62,621 nt of DNA, filler included, from Choristocarpus tenellus KU-1152 (GCA_964200185.2; 11 parts of 11 records of this genome joined end to end with filler, not necessarily neighbours in it); one strand, 5' to 3'; counted from the first letter of the whole stretch, positions 1-13,116 are shown. A program made the numbers and translations. The notes: generated by a model from the letters alone, not told the origin.

Positions 1-385
1 TTTTTTGTTTTTTTTTTTTTTTTTTTTTGGTAAGTTTTGTACGTGTGGTTTCTGTTTTTTTTTTTTTTTTGGTTTTTTGTTGGGGGGGGGGGGAATATAT
101 GTATGTATTTACTATATCGCTGTGTAAATGGAGGTGATACTTATTTTGTGTGTCAACATCTCCCTGCTGACTGCCTTGGCTAGGAGGGCAAGCGAAGGGG
201 GAAAGTGGTGGGACTCGAAATGTGTTTGGTGATAGTTTTTGCATGCTTACTGAGTAATAGGATCCATGCTAGTGTTTGAGTTTAGAACTGACCGTCGCCT
301 CACCCATTTCCTGTGCCTGCTTGTCCTCCCACTCCCGAAAAGCTCATGAAGGAGTCTACCCCTATTTCCTCCACCCTTGCCTGAG

Positions 386-757
386 GACCTCCTGATCTCT
401 TTACCCGATGCCTCACGAACACGAGCCCCTCCCCTTCCCCATCCCCTAACCCTCCTATCAACGTCTGTATCCTGTATGGTTGGTGACATTTACCATGACT
501 ATGCAAAGGCAATATCAGGTGATGTGGAGGACCCTGGGGATGAGGAGGGCCCTGGTCCAGGGTACAGAGGGTTCCGTACCAGTTCTTCGACCATGTACCG
601 GTACACACCACTTGCGCCAGCATGGCAGCACAGGCATCCTGAACCAGGACGTGAACCGCTTCATAACCTGAAACAGGAACTCTGCGCTGTGGAGGGGAAG
701 GTAAGGATGTGGCTTGGGTTAGGGAGTTGAGGTTTTTGATAGATAGCTACATTTACA

Positions 758-788
<31 letters not shown>

Positions 789-3700
789 CGCGTGCGCGAG
801 TGTGTTTTAAGGTGTGTTTTAAGGTGTTTTTCTTTGTATGATGCTCCATCTCACTGTATTACTACATCCAACCTGTAACTGACGATAGTGGATAGATAGA
901 GTAAGAGGTTTTTTTTTTAATATGTATTCAACAGTAGTTGAAGTGAAGCCCTGGATTGAGCTCTCAAGGTAAAGATGAGGAATTTGAGGTACTCGGATGT
1001 GTGCTGCAAACTTGCACCAGAGAGACAAAGCGTGGCGACCACGAACTTGTTGCAGGCTTTGCTGAAAGTGGAATGCAAAAACGCGCTCCTTCTCGAGTAC
1101 TTGAAGACCACTGTGTGTTCTCCACCTGGAGCTGCGTAGAACCCGTTTGATGACCAACAAACGCCTGCGGAATTTTTTGGGGGGAAATAAAATCGTCATG
1201 TACTTGCTTTGCTCCCTTCGATAGCAATTCCACCTCTGTGCTCGTGTTCGGGTGTATGATGCGTGAGTCAGCCTAGCGACTGACTGACATTGGGTTGTCA
1301 AGGAGTAACATCCCAGGGGTGTGAGGCAAAGTGGCAAGACTGAGGCAAGACGGCATGTTTTTGTCAACACGCTAGACTGAGGTACTGTGTGAGGATGTGG
1401 GTGGGTGCCTATTGATTGGAGGTCATTCGTAAGTAAGCGTAAGAGGATCAGCATAAGGGGCATAATTGCCTTGAATTGAGGTTGCACTGCTGCCACCTAG
1501 GTCGGCATCAGTCTGGATGAAAATGGACTTCAGAGGCAAATCTAAGCAATTCCTGCAGTGGGTGGAGTACCTGGGGGATTGGCATAGTGTAACTGTCGCA
1601 GCAAACCCTTGCTTACTCTGTGGCATTGGGAGGGGAGCACAGAGTGTATTTTTTGGTCAGTTTTTTTGTTTATCGGTCCAACAGCTAGGTCCATCTAGAC
1701 AATGTCTGGTTCTACGTCGGGCAGGATGGGAGGGGTGCGGGTTTTGCCCCACAAGGTCGACTGTCTGTTGTCTCCTGCGTTGACAGTCGAATCCAATAGG
1801 CATATCCCCAAGGTGATGTTCATCACAGCGAGTGGACCTGCGACAACCTCGGGTTCATCGTGAAGAGGACTGTCCGGATGTCTCAGAGGCGGAAGGAGGG
1901 CGTGAAGTACCGCTTGTCCGAGTTCTGCTTGACCCAGTACCGCTTGACCCAGTACCGCGTTACCCAGTACCGCCTGATCCAGTACCGCTTGACCAAGTAC
2001 CGCCTGATCCAGTACCGCCTGATCCAGTGCCGCTTGACCAAGTACCGCTTGACCCAGTGCCGCTTGACCATCAGTGCTACGTTAATTAATACATCGAGTA
2101 GAGTTCCTGTTACCCGTAATCTGTATAAAATTGTCTTGGGTGCTCGTTGTAATCCCTCGTCAGGGACTGTAGTGAGGAAGTCCTCCAGTAAGAGTAAGGC
2201 TGGGGAGGGTACTGGGTGGTATGTGTGTCCTTTTTGGCGCAGCCAGCGGTACTGCCGGTCCTTGGCGTGAACCACTTGGATTCCTTTCGGTTACTCAAGG
2301 GTTAGGGTTTGGGGGTCGTCACATGGCATGATGAGGACTTTGCGCAGGGGTGTGTTGTCCTTTTATTCCGAAGAATGATGTCACAGAATGTCGCAGCCCT
2401 CAAGAGGGCTGTGAGCGAGAGCCTGTCCAAGGTCTATAATATGTAGTCCTAAACCTTTTGGGGGGCAACGATTTCTTGTCTTCTTCTGCCCATGGACAAT
2501 TGGCGGTGTGGCTCAGCACCCGTTGCGGATATTTTTTGAAAAGAGGCTGAAGGTAGACAAGGAAGGGCATTATTATTTGAGTGCTTTTTTGAAGATTGCA
2601 GATGAACGACGACGAATGACTTGAGGGCTTAGGACCCCCATGACTATTTTTTTCAAAAAAAATAGTTCTGATTTATTTATTTTTTATTCTCCTTTTTAAA
2701 ATCGGTCTCTTTTTTTTTCATCAGGTTCATACCTTACCTTTTCTCCTCCTCTCCCCCCCCTTCCTCCTCCTCTCCCCCTCTCTTTTTTTTTTTTTCTTCT
2801 TTTTAAACTCGGTCTTTTTTTTTTTTTTATTTTTTTTTCTTTCCTTTCCCCCCCCCCCCCCCCCACCCTTTATTGCGATTCGATTTCTATTCATACTTGT
2901 GGGTTGGAGATGCAAATACGTTTTAGCCTTGCAAATACATTTTGAGCCTCTAACGTCATGAGTGCACCGAGGGCATCGATGGAATGGTGTCCCACCTGCA
3001 CTCGCTACTCACGCTGCAGTTTGTCTTGGTCCCTGTTACTCCCTCACCGACCCCACCGCCTTCCAATATCGCTTGTATGCACCTAAGAGTCCGATATCGC
3101 GCACATATTTGTACCTGGGACCATACCAGCACCTCTGTTGATACAGGTTGCTGCAGGTGGTGAGTTAGTAATTCCACAGTAATGCACCTAAATGTTAGAT
3201 GAAGCTCAGTACTGCACTATAGAGTGTTTGCCGATAAACCCGATTTTTTTTTCTCCCTCTCCCTCTCCCTCTCCCTCTCCCTCTCGACCTCTCGACCTCT
3301 TCCTCTCAGTGTATAGAGTGGGTAAGTTGATTTTGACTGCTTTGACTGCACGTGCTCCTTAACCCGACCCCTCTTTATGTTGACATAAACCTGTACAATG
3401 GAACTTGATAGGCGTTTTGCGCTCTTGTTCTTGTCTTGAGTCCGTTGCATCATGCTCCCTTACACCGCTCTATTTTTTCGAACAGCTGGCAGAGCTGGGG
3501 CACAACCTTACAGGCTTTGACAAGGTCACCCGTGGGGGGTGGAGGCAGGGGGTACGGTCGGCCAAGAGCGCCCTCGGGTTGAGGGAGCAAGCAGTTCGCC
3601 TTGAGAGTGCATTTTTCTGTGAGTTTAGTTGGAGGGTGCGGGGTGAGGAAGGCGTTTAGAGTTTTGTTGTTGGGAAAATTGATTTTGTGTGAATTGTGCA

Positions 3701-3868
3701 GGTTGGGGGAGGGGCTGACCCGGGGCCTCCATTGGCCTCTCTATTGTACAATTTGTAGTGGCAGTGTGATGTTTTTGGACCTCTTCTTGTCTTGTTCTCG
3801 TTCTATATTTTTTTCTGCATGTTTTGTAGTGTTCGAATGCATTTATACCTTGACATAATTCCGTTTCC

Positions 3869-3901
<33 letters not shown>

Positions 3902-5703
3902 NNNNNNNNNTTTTTTTTTTTTTTTTTTTTTTCCTTTTTTTTTGGTTTTTGATGCTTTTTTTCCCTTTCAAAATTCCTTTTCCCCCCCCCCCCCCCCCCC
4001 CCCCTGCTTCAAATCACATCTTCTGTCCAATCACATTTTAGCGTGCGCACAGGACATGACAGCAGACCTTGGCATTGATTGGACTGACCTCATGGTGGAG
4101 GAGGGGGAGGAAGTCAATTGGGAAACTCCGTATGACTGGAGTCACCTTCATGATGCAGCCCGGGAGCGCCGGAGGGGAAGGGACCGAGATCGTCGGGCTG
4201 CGAGTGCCACTGTGAATGGGAATGGGAATGGGGTTGAAATAGCGACTGGCAATAAGATGGATGGGGTTGTTGGCGATAAAGTAGAGGAATTGGAAGATGG
4301 TGACATGGACCTTGAGGATGTGGTGGGGGAGAACGCTGTTGAGGCTACACCGGAGGGTGATGTGGGGGTGAAAGAAGGGGTAGGTAATGAGGGAGTGGAT
4401 GAGGAGGAAGGTCGACACCGCGATGTGGTGGGCCCGGGCAAGGAGGTCGCAACTGGTACAAAGGTGAAGGAGGAGGCTGGTGGTGGTGGTGGATGTCTGC
4501 AGTTTGTTGAGGGTCGGGGTGGAGGTGAGGATGTCATGGTCACGGCTGGGGATGATGTGGGAAAAGGTAAGGGGTTGGGACCAGGTGTTGTTGAGAAGAA
4601 GGGCGAAGAGGTTTCCGTGATAGGTCTCCATCCAGGTAGTAGGGATGGGTCTGAGAGCGGTCCTGACGCGGTGACGTCAGGAGGGATCATGAGAGAAGAA
4701 GCTGCAACTTTATTGGCGTCCGGACTTGATGTAAACCCCACTAGCTCGCTTGGCAACCCAGTGGCGACTGAAGACCGCCTTCCATTGTTGTACAAAACCG
4801 AAAGTTCTATCCACGGGAATGATGTGGAGGTTTGGGAAGGGGGACAAGGTGCGGAATGTAATGCGGGGGAGGCAGGGGGGGGGAAACAGTTGGCAGACGA
4901 CTCTCTCTTGGAGATTGACCTAGGGCTTGGTTCGGGTCGGGATGAGAAGAGGGTATTGGCAGGCGGTGGAATGATATCTGGAGGGGGGGACAGTAGGGGT
5001 TCTTCTTCGGGAGGTGCAAAGGAAGAAGTTGGTGGGATTGAGTCAGCAATGGTGCCCATGGAAGGAGATGAACGAAAGGCCTCATCAGAGGCGGCAATGG
5101 CAGATGCAGGTAAGGACAGTGGAGGTGGACGCTCTTCCCAGGTAGTGGCATCTGCAGCTATGGCATTGGCGGGGAACTGTGGGGCAGGGGGAGTGACAAT
5201 GGAGCAGGCAACAGTAGTGTCCACGGTTGATGTTGAAGTGGATGGTAAGACAGGTAGGGTAACCGGTGGGCCAGCGGACAGGGGTGCAAACGGTGAGATA
5301 GGGGTTGGCAGGGGTGCAGTTTTGCAAAAAGCCTCATCTGATGGAGACCTGAAGGAGGAAGATGCCGTCTCTGGGAAGGATGGGAAAGGAGAGGGAGGGG
5401 ATAGATTTGGATCAGAAAACGATAGCAATCTTATGGATGTTGTCGAGGAGCCCCCTCGCCCCATTTTTGGGATTGAGGGAGACAGGGAAGCTGTTGCATC
5501 GTTCCCGGGTGAGTGGAGAGGGCGTGAGTCTGCTGCCCCTTCAGTCCCAGCCTCCATTTCCAGGGGATCGGTCGTGAAGGGACCAGAGGATTCGGGGGAG
5601 GGGGGAAATGCCTCTGAAGGTGTTGCAAATCCTGCAGAGATGGAGGAGGTAGATGGTGTTGAGGGAGTGGAGGGGGAAGGGGAACGGAAAGGGGAAGGGG
5701 GTG
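386..5703 (+). CDS. Partial multi-exon gene, unknown protein with long G/E-rich low-complexity region
   Basis: Phase-0-compatible exons: ?-700 (donor GTAAGG), 2517-2552 (HPLRIFFEKRLK), 3486-3524 (LAELGHNLTGFDK) and 4053-5703 (DMTADLGIDWTDL..., ~550 open codons to the contig end). The 5' boundary of the first exon is uncertain. Confidence 0.6.
1906..2070. repeat. 15-bp minisatellite (AGTACCGCTTGACCC), ~11 copies
   Basis: Direct tandem units visible in the sequence; they explain the repetitive ORFs 1832-2089, 1860-2270 and 1883-2275. Confidence 0.9.
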
Positions 5704-5803
5704 NNNNNNNNNNNNNNNNNNNNNNNNNNNNNNNNNNNNNNNNNNNNTTAATTAATTAANNNNNNNNNNNNNNNNNNNNNNNNNNNNNNNNNNNNNNNNN
5801 NNN
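5704..5803. other. Artificial contig spacer N44-TTAATTAATTAA-N44 (also at 12988, 15722, 18447, 24292, 34240, 39459, 46933, 51199, 55818; each 100 bp)
   Basis: Ten identical 100-bp blocks with a six-frame stop 12-mer in the centre. Confidence 0.97.
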
Positions 5804-7137
5804 CCCCCCCCCCGACCCCCTCCTCGTTTTTTTTTTGTAATTTATTAATTTTTTTGTTGCTTTCAATGTGTGCGTACACATGTGCGAGTGGTGTCTACTT
5901 TTTAATAATTTTTTTGTCTATGCTGCGACGCATGCGCAAATTGCTCAATGAACCGGCCGGTCGATCAGGTTGGCCGAGCTAGAAGAGGAGTTGATAAAAA
6001 GAGATGGGCGTGAGGTAGCGTCTGTCATTTCTTCCTTCTCCGTGGATTGTCGTCCTGGAGACTCCATGCTGGCAAGGGTGGGTTGGGTTTTTGCTTGTTC
6101 GTGTGTGTTTACAGTCTTCGTAAGAGTTCCATTTATTTATTTTGTTTAGAGGTGGGGGGGGGGGGGGGGGGGTTTTAGAAAGAAAGCGAAAAAACGTTGG
6201 GGGGTGGTTTTTATTTTTTTTTTTTTTTTTAAAGAGAGGGTAAGTAGAAATANNNNNNNNNTTTTTTTTTTTTGGTGGGGTGGGGGGGGGGGGGGGGGGA
6301 TCTGAAAAGAGAAGCGAAACAATCTCGGAGATTGAATTTTATATTTCTTCTTTTTCTTACAAGTATGGATATTGAATATAGAATAGACTTGCTTTCGATA
6401 TTAGTGTGAGGATGAAACGAATGAAGCAGGTTTCACTCCCTATATTATGGCAACAGGAAGACTTAGTATTTTCGCGGAATTGCACTTGAGTGTAGACCTA
6501 GAGAGGTCTACTGGTAGATCTATAAATGGACAAAAATTGAATCGCAGTTTACCAATAGGATCCTTTTCGGGGAAGGGAGGTTGCCGACTAATCTAGGGAT
6601 CTTCTGCTTTCTGTCAATTAAGAAATGGGAGCTCGGCAGGTTGGGTTAGGGCTAGAGTTTGGTCTGTAAGTGTTAGTTAGGATGAGCGTGCATGGAAGGG
6701 TAGGAGAATTAATCAGTGTATAGTCTTGTTTCAGTCATGCCAAGATTGAATTAGTTCCTTGTACTTTCAGTATGATCAAGGTATTTGCACACCACGCCTG
6801 GCTCCAGAAAATACTAGAATTCTGTAAAATGTACTCAAGAAAGAATGACATGCAGAGTGGAACACAAGCCACCACCCACCTGGACTGGGTGTGTAAGTTC
6901 TGGTAGACCTATCTATAATCCTTACCCTAGTTTAGTGCCAAGAAACACGATCACACCTCACTCCATGGTGGCTCTAGTAGAACCTCGGCTACGCATTGCG
7001 ATGGCCATTTTTTATGTATACTAATGTATTGCTTCGTACTCTCAATTCGCAGAGAGGTAATGAGATTCGCTCTCCGATGTGTTACATTGAGACCGTAATA
7101 CTATTTTTAGGTGTCATGACCTTATTGGTATGACGCA

Positions 7138-7210
7138 GCCGGATTAGCTCAGGGGTTAGAGCGGCTCCTTCGTAAGGAGTAGGTCGTAAGTTCAAATCTC
7201 ATATTCGGCT
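7138..7210 (+). tRNA. tRNA-Thr(CGU), variant copy with T-arm changes (possible pseudogene)
   Basis: Acceptor stem GCCGGAT/ATTCGGC, D arm GCTC/GAGC, anticodon arm GCTCC-TTCGTAA-GGAGT. T arm GTAAG-TTCAAAT-CTCAT has an A-C mismatch and G57A relative to the second copy. Confidence 0.85.
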
Positions 7211-7310
7211 ACGCTGCATTAACATTCCCCCTTTTATTACTACTTCTGATGATATTTTCATTTTTTTTATCGGAAAAAAAAAATCACGGGTTTGTACTGT
7301 TGTCCAATAC

Positions 7311-9254
7311 CTGTAATAAGTAACTTTGACGGGGCCAGACCGCCTGTTGGCCGAGTAAGAACGTTTTCTGATGACAGGGTCTTATCATGGCATTGTGAAT
7401 TTTGACATGGTCCAACTGCAAGTCACCTTACTGGAATTTTTTCAAAGGGTCAGCCCATGCACTTTTGCATCTTTATCTGGGTCACACTATGGGCTGAGTA
7501 CCGGCACAAGCTGGACCAGGTGGTTTCCACTCAAAGTGTATATTGTCATGTGAATTTCAAACTTCATAATATATGTTTTTGCCATAAGGTGTGTTAAGAA
7601 GTGTTCTGAACAAAACCACCAAGTAAAAAGTGAAAAGTCTGTACCATATATGTACATTGATATAATACTTCCTCTGCTCCCTCTTCTAAGATTAATTTGG
7701 AAGTACATAATATTGGCATGGAAGGATCTCCCTGTTGTCCTGATGATGTCCAGATTAAATAGTGAGGAATATCAAAGGAGTGAGAATATATATATATGTA
7801 TGTCTTTGTGCACATTGGGCGTATGTATGGAGGAGTTAACGGACCAAACTCACCAAGTCTTGGCACACATTCTAGCAGTACCCTCATTCTTGGCAATAAA
7901 CAGGACACTGACTGTATCGAGTTCTACACTGCTGTCACTCATCCTCAAGTACACTCTGGTCCAACTTCCATGCCCCTCAAGAGCACGGCAATTTCCACAG
8001 GTGATCCGTTCACTCTGTCGTAATCTTCAGATGAGGCAGGTTTGAGGTAGTTGGAGTATGCCCAGAGGTTAAGCTTCTTCATGCGTTTTGTGCTAAGTGG
8101 TCAGTGGATAACCAGTTAAGCTGCTGCGGACCACTGGGTTTTGTAGTTCTTGGCAAGGATTGCCTCAAAAGACCTCTTGCATCTAGTCCATGTCAACACC
8201 CTTGCAGTCAATCATTTCCCTCCTCACCAAGCCTAGGTCGAGATCCAATACGCCAGCATCCTTTCGGGCACTGTAGCTCTTCCATAACCCTAATATCATC
8301 CTCAGTGCGTTGGCATGAAAAATCTCGACTACTCACTTGAATTTGACCTTGATCGAGGTGCCCCAATTGCTGCCTTCAAGCAGCTCTGCGATCACAGCCC
8401 TCCCCTCCCCTAGCTCAAGATTATTTCTTTGTTCAATCTCAGTCAGCCTCTTGTTGGTGTATGTACGTGGCCAGTGTGTGACAGGAAGGCCTCTCACTAG
8501 GGATTCCAGTCAAAGCATTGGTTTATCCCTAGTCTCCTGACCCATGCCTTAATTCACCTGCGCCGAACATATGCCCTTGGTATTTCCATCTTTCAGTCAG
8601 GTTGCTTTCCTCACATTTGCGAAATTTAATCAGAAAGGTTCGCCATTGCATATGAGTTATGCCCCAAAAGAATACCACAACCAACCTTGCAATAGGTAAC
8701 AGAAGCATATTCACTGAGTTAGTATTGAAAGGCGTGCGCTGTGTCTCTCTTTTTGTTCTCCTGAATACAATTGCAAGGAGTCGGAGGGCTCGTCTGTGTA
8801 CTGTATTTGAAGTGCCTTCAGTACGAGATTGTGTAACATTATTTAACAAGAACATAACATGTATCACAAGACAACTCCTTGCCCACCAACACTCTTCTGG
8901 AAGGCACACAAAATTGCCCGAGATTCCTTCTGTTTTTGCGTCTCAGCTCCTCCTTGCCCTACTTAGCCACCTCCTTGATGGGTCTACTAAGTAGTAATGA
9001 CAGTGATTAGCCCTTTTGCCAATGCCAGCCTGACTGGGGAGTTTCAAATATTTTGACAGGGCCAGCCCTAGGGTAAAACGTTGTTTATCAGGGTCTGACT
9101 GGGACACAAGAAGAGTCAATAGGTCTGGGATGTGGACAGGACCAGATAAAATATCTTTAACAGGACCAGACCAGGACTTTCAGAAAAGTGTTGAGGCCAG
9201 GCCCTGGGTCAGTCCGATTTAAGTCCCAGAAAAAGATCAATGTGCTCATTACAG
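7311..9254 (-). mobile_element. Highly degenerate DNA-transposon relic, possibly hAT-like
   Basis: Imperfect terminal inverted match (CTGTAATAAG ... CTCATTACAG) and GGGCCAG/GGGTCAG/GGACCAG motifs clustered near both ends. Broken minus-strand frames include PLSTKRMKKLNLWAYSN, loosely like a hAT C-terminus. No TSD found. Confidence 0.3.
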
Positions 9255-9329
9255 TTGAAATGTCATGGGGACCTGCAAAGCAAGCAGAGCGCACAGCCTG
9301 CATACACATGACAAACTAGTTGCTCCAAA

Positions 9330-9600
9330 ACTTCCCTTTGATTCTAGGCTCTGGTTCGTTACACTGTAGTCAAATCTATGATTCACAACACCACATTTAT
9401 AGCTATCGCTGACATCAAGTATTGAATGTTGTAACTGTTGTTGGAAAACCCACAAGCAGTCATTATCAGGTTCTAACCATTGTGATCCGCGATCGTTCGG
9501 GACAAAGATTGGTTTGGTGATGTGGTTGTGTGACATGGTTGTGTTGACGAAAGGGTTGTCAAAGAAGGTGAAGCGGATGATGGTGGTTGGATGCACGGAG
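9330..9600 (+). mobile_element. Copia RNase H relic
   Basis: Degenerate VVKSMIHNTTFIAI and KIGLVMWLCDMVVLTKGL, resembling the STxEAEFIA and ADxLTKGL motifs. Confidence 0.3.
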
Positions 9601-9736
9601 GAGATGCATTGTCTGTGTATACTGTGAAATGTGTAAATTCGATAGTTAATGAGTATAACCATATGGTGAACACAATACAAATTTGGTGATGGGGAGAGCC
9701 TTCAAATTTTATGTAGTACTATTAATTTCAAGTTGT

Positions 9737-9992
9737 GAGTCAAATTATCTTAGAGGTAGGGCCTTGTCAATTTGGGGGCAAAATCCAACGTTGCGATTTT
9801 GATGTAATTTTGGCTATCATGTTTGTTAGGAAGTGTCAATATCCTTGTTCTGAACACACCTTTTCATAGTTTTGTGCATTTTACTTACTCCAAAACATTC
9901 TGGAGTAGGAAAATGTCATAAAAACCCGGGGTAAGCCAAGGCCCCAAACGGACAAACAGGGAATAACTCGCCCCTCTAAGATACTTTCACTC
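9737..9992 (-). mobile_element. MITE family A (Sola2-like), TSD TTGT
   Basis: GAGTCAAA...TTTCACTC ends with ~23-bp TIRs; TTGT on both flanks. Confidence 0.9.
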
Positions 9993-10574
9993 TTGTTTCA
10001 TACTTGATTTGGTACTAAATTGTGCACTCTTTTCCCCTTGTAGCCATACTCTGCTTGTAGGCATGCAAGGCAACGATGAAGGTTACACACAGACAGCCGA
10101 TGGATGGGTTCATGATTTTACCCTCTCATGCCTTGTACACCCTTGAAAACGCCCAAAGGGAGAGTGCCCTGACTCTGAGCAGAGGGACTGCACGTAGCTT
10201 GTTCAATGTGGACAAAGATCGCCACGGCTGGCTCCGGAAAATTTAATTCGGGAAAATGTATTTTAAAAGAACTGCCTGTATGCATAGGAACGCAAGCAGT
10301 CAGCCAACAACCGGTGTGTATTGAAATTGTGGTAGGTCAGACCCCATTCCTGATCATATGTAAAGAACCCACAAGGAAAAGTGCCATTGACTCTCCCCCT
10401 CTGTTGGATTAGAAGGTGATATGCTTCAGAATGATACTACGACGTAGTACTCATTTTGCTTGTAGTCGCGTACTTATATTACTAGTTTGAGATCGACCCT
10501 ATGATTTGTAAGATTGAATTAGTATATGGCCCAGTATAGTATATAAACCATTTCAAGCACAATTGCTCACACAA

Positions 10575-10647
10575 GCCGGATTAGCTCAGGGGTTAGAGCG
10601 GCTCCTTCGTAAGGAGTAGGTCGTGAGTTCGAATCTCATATTCGGCT
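10575..10647 (+). tRNA. tRNA-Thr(CGU)
   Basis: Canonical 73-nt cloverleaf with anticodon CGT, TTCGAAT T loop and discriminator T. TATATAAA ~30 bp upstream, CAA just before the gene, T-run downstream. Confidence 0.95.
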
Positions 10648-12902
10648 TAGGTTATTGTTTCTTTTGTAGTGTAACGAATAAATTGTCTTTTCGTGTATCT
10701 TTGTGTCAGCATGGTAAACTCAGACTCGGAATCGCGCGATTCACATTGGCGACACTGATGAGAGAACACAAACCCGGCTTCGAGGTCTTGATCGTCTCCT
10801 CGTCTCTGTTGGTGCCAGCAGTGTTTGGTTTCGGAATTGGGCATGCTGACAAGCTGTTGAAATCTTGCCCCTCACCCCATATCTGAATTGACCGGGGTCG
10901 CCAGTATGAATTGTTTGGTTCTGTGGCGATGCTGTGTGTGCCAGGAGGAATTTCAGCTCAGGAGGAAGACAGCTTTACAGGAAGAATTTTCTCCATGAAA
11001 AAAAACAATTGTGGCTGGACAGTATCAGTTGTATTGGGTGCGTTGGTCTTAGTCATTGCACACCACCAGGGTAGTACAGAGGGTGCATATTCGATATGTG
11101 TGCTGAATATAATGTCGGGATGAAAGTGTATACCTGTGATATTGAGGCGGGCTTGGGCGTTGTTGTGTTGCTGTTTCTTGAGTAGGGAATGCCAGGACTA
11201 GTGGTATCACATCTCTCTTCGTGGGTGAAGCCATTGATTATTGTGGCAGTCATTTGAGTTATATATTTTCAGATGCTCGCTTCTTAGGTCTAGACCATGA
11301 TGAGAATATTACACGGTTATTAGTGACTATTGCAGGAATGACATGGCATCAAGTTCGGCACACTCTCCCTCCAAGAACTCTTAGGGTTGCAAAGTGGTTC
11401 ACGGTGTGTAAAACAAGTTTGCCATCCCAGACAAGGATTGACTCGCTCAACAGTTGCTGGGAACTATTGTCTCAAACGTTGAGGATAATCCTTCCCCCAC
11501 CCTGCCCTTGTAGCACAAACTGAAAGAGGCTCAAGTGCTACACACACCACCCTTGAGCCCACCAAAGGCTACAGTGAATATGGTGTGGTTCCAGCAAGCC
11601 TTTTTCAATCTTGAGGGTAATTGGAGTAACCCATCTCAAGGACGGTCCCAAAGCATTTTTTCTAGAAGTTAGGTCCATTGCATGTAGGCAAGGAAGTCCA
11701 GAGGACAGCTTGATCTAGAAACTTTAATCCTTTTCCACCTTTTTTTTTGCCCTCAATTAATTTAAGAAATGTACCCCATCCCCCACCCCCCCCCCCCTAG
11801 TCTGTATTGGTGTATAGTTCAGGATATATGGCGTTTTTCAAAGAAAGACCCTCTACCTTTTGTCTACCTGCGGGGAGGATGTATGTATCATCTGACGTGC
11901 CACATTTTAAAATCGGTAATGACTTGGATGTTGGAGCCCTATAGCACGACAGTGCTGTGATATTGGTAGTTGCACTTAGTGTCATTTCTAGTATGTTATC
12001 ATTGTCCTGGAGGCGTGTATAAGGTTGAAAACATGAAAAAAAGAGTATTTTTTTGGACGTAATTGTGCAGTGTCTGACTTCTTCATGCATCAGGTGACAA
12101 TACAATAACAAAGAGGATCTTGAAAGGGAGTCATGTCATTTTGCTGAACCCTGCGAATGGCATGAAGAACCAAGTGAGCCCTGGAACCACCGCGGTCGTG
12201 TTCTGCCTTTGTTTTGGTGATACATTGTTCGAAGTTAAGTGTGACTACAATGTTGTTGGGTCAGTTGCATGTGCATTTGCATCCTTACTACCTCCGTTGA
12301 GGTCAAGTGAAAAATCTGAACGAGAGGGAGAGAGGAGGGGTGGGGGCAATGGATTCGAAAGCTGGGTCAGTTCAAGCGTGACATTTGCTCGTTCCGTTCC
12401 CTTGCTCTCAATGCCCTCTCACACTCTGCTTCTATGTAATAAGGCTAGAGTCGGGTTTCGATTTTTGTGTACTTGGGGGAAATCTTTGTGAAGAGTTTCA
12501 CTCGGTAGGTTAGCATCTGAAAAAGCTGTTGGAGTTTTTGCTCTCACCATGACTGTCGAAGATAGGGAGAAGTATATGGTGTGTGTTTGTGGACCGAAGG
12601 GTTGGTGAGTAAGGATTCATTTGATCCCCAAATACCTTCCTTGTGTGCGTATATTATATGAACATGAGAGTATGTGTACCCAGGAGAGTAAGGTGAGTGA
12701 CAGTGAGGCAGAGCACGCTGCGAGCATACGCACGAGAAGATATTCAACCAATCCGACCGTTCGATTTCGATGTCGACCGTCCAATCACCACGGTCCTGAA
12801 CACTAGAAAAAATCGGAGTTGTCTCGATGAGTGGAAAAACCGTTGGTTGGGTTGGGCGGTATAATGGTACTGGATTGATCGGTAATGTTTTAAGGTACGC
12901 CT

Positions 12903-12987
12903 GACTCTAAGTATCTGGGGGGTCTGGGGGGGGGGGAGAGTCTACACCAGGGTGTCCATTTGGACCAAAATCAGGAGAAGTACATTT
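12903..12987. mobile_element. MITE family B fragment at contig end
   Basis: GACTCTAAGTATCTGGGG-polyG-TCTACACCAGGGTGTCCATTTGGACC, homologous to the reverse complement of 14060-14238. Confidence 0.75.
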
Positions 12988-13087
12988 NNNNNNNNNNNNN
13001 NNNNNNNNNNNNNNNNNNNNNNNNNNNNNNNTTAATTAATTAANNNNNNNNNNNNNNNNNNNNNNNNNNNNNNNNNNNNNNNNNNNN

Positions 13088-13116
13088 CCCTCCCCCCCTC
13101 CCAGATACTTTGGGTC
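13088..13116. mobile_element. MITE family B terminus at contig start
   Basis: polyC-CCCAGATACTTTGGGTC; the same end is at 47033-47056 and, reversed, at 15683-15721. Confidence 0.7.

Noticed and set aside
940-1800. Possible Mutator-like transposase relic in an intron (TLGCQGVTSQGCEA)
   Set aside because: Only one weak motif among many stops; not enough to call.
1832-2275. Repetitive ORFs (DPVPL / QYRLT / RYWVK)
   Set aside because: Translations of a 15-bp minisatellite.
4148-5557. 469-aa minus-strand ORF
   Set aside because: Antisense shadow of the G/E-rich plus-strand exon; S/P/T-rich with no independent signals.
6960-7015. Possible small Pol III RNA upstream of tRNA copy 1 (GGTGGC...GGCCATTTTT)
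   Set aside because: No A/B boxes, cloverleaf or known snRNA motif; the 10-nt match to the tRNA 3' end could be chance.
10700-12800. Fragmented coding-like sequence downstream of tRNA copy 2
   Set aside because: No frame gave a recognisable motif or a consistent exon chain.
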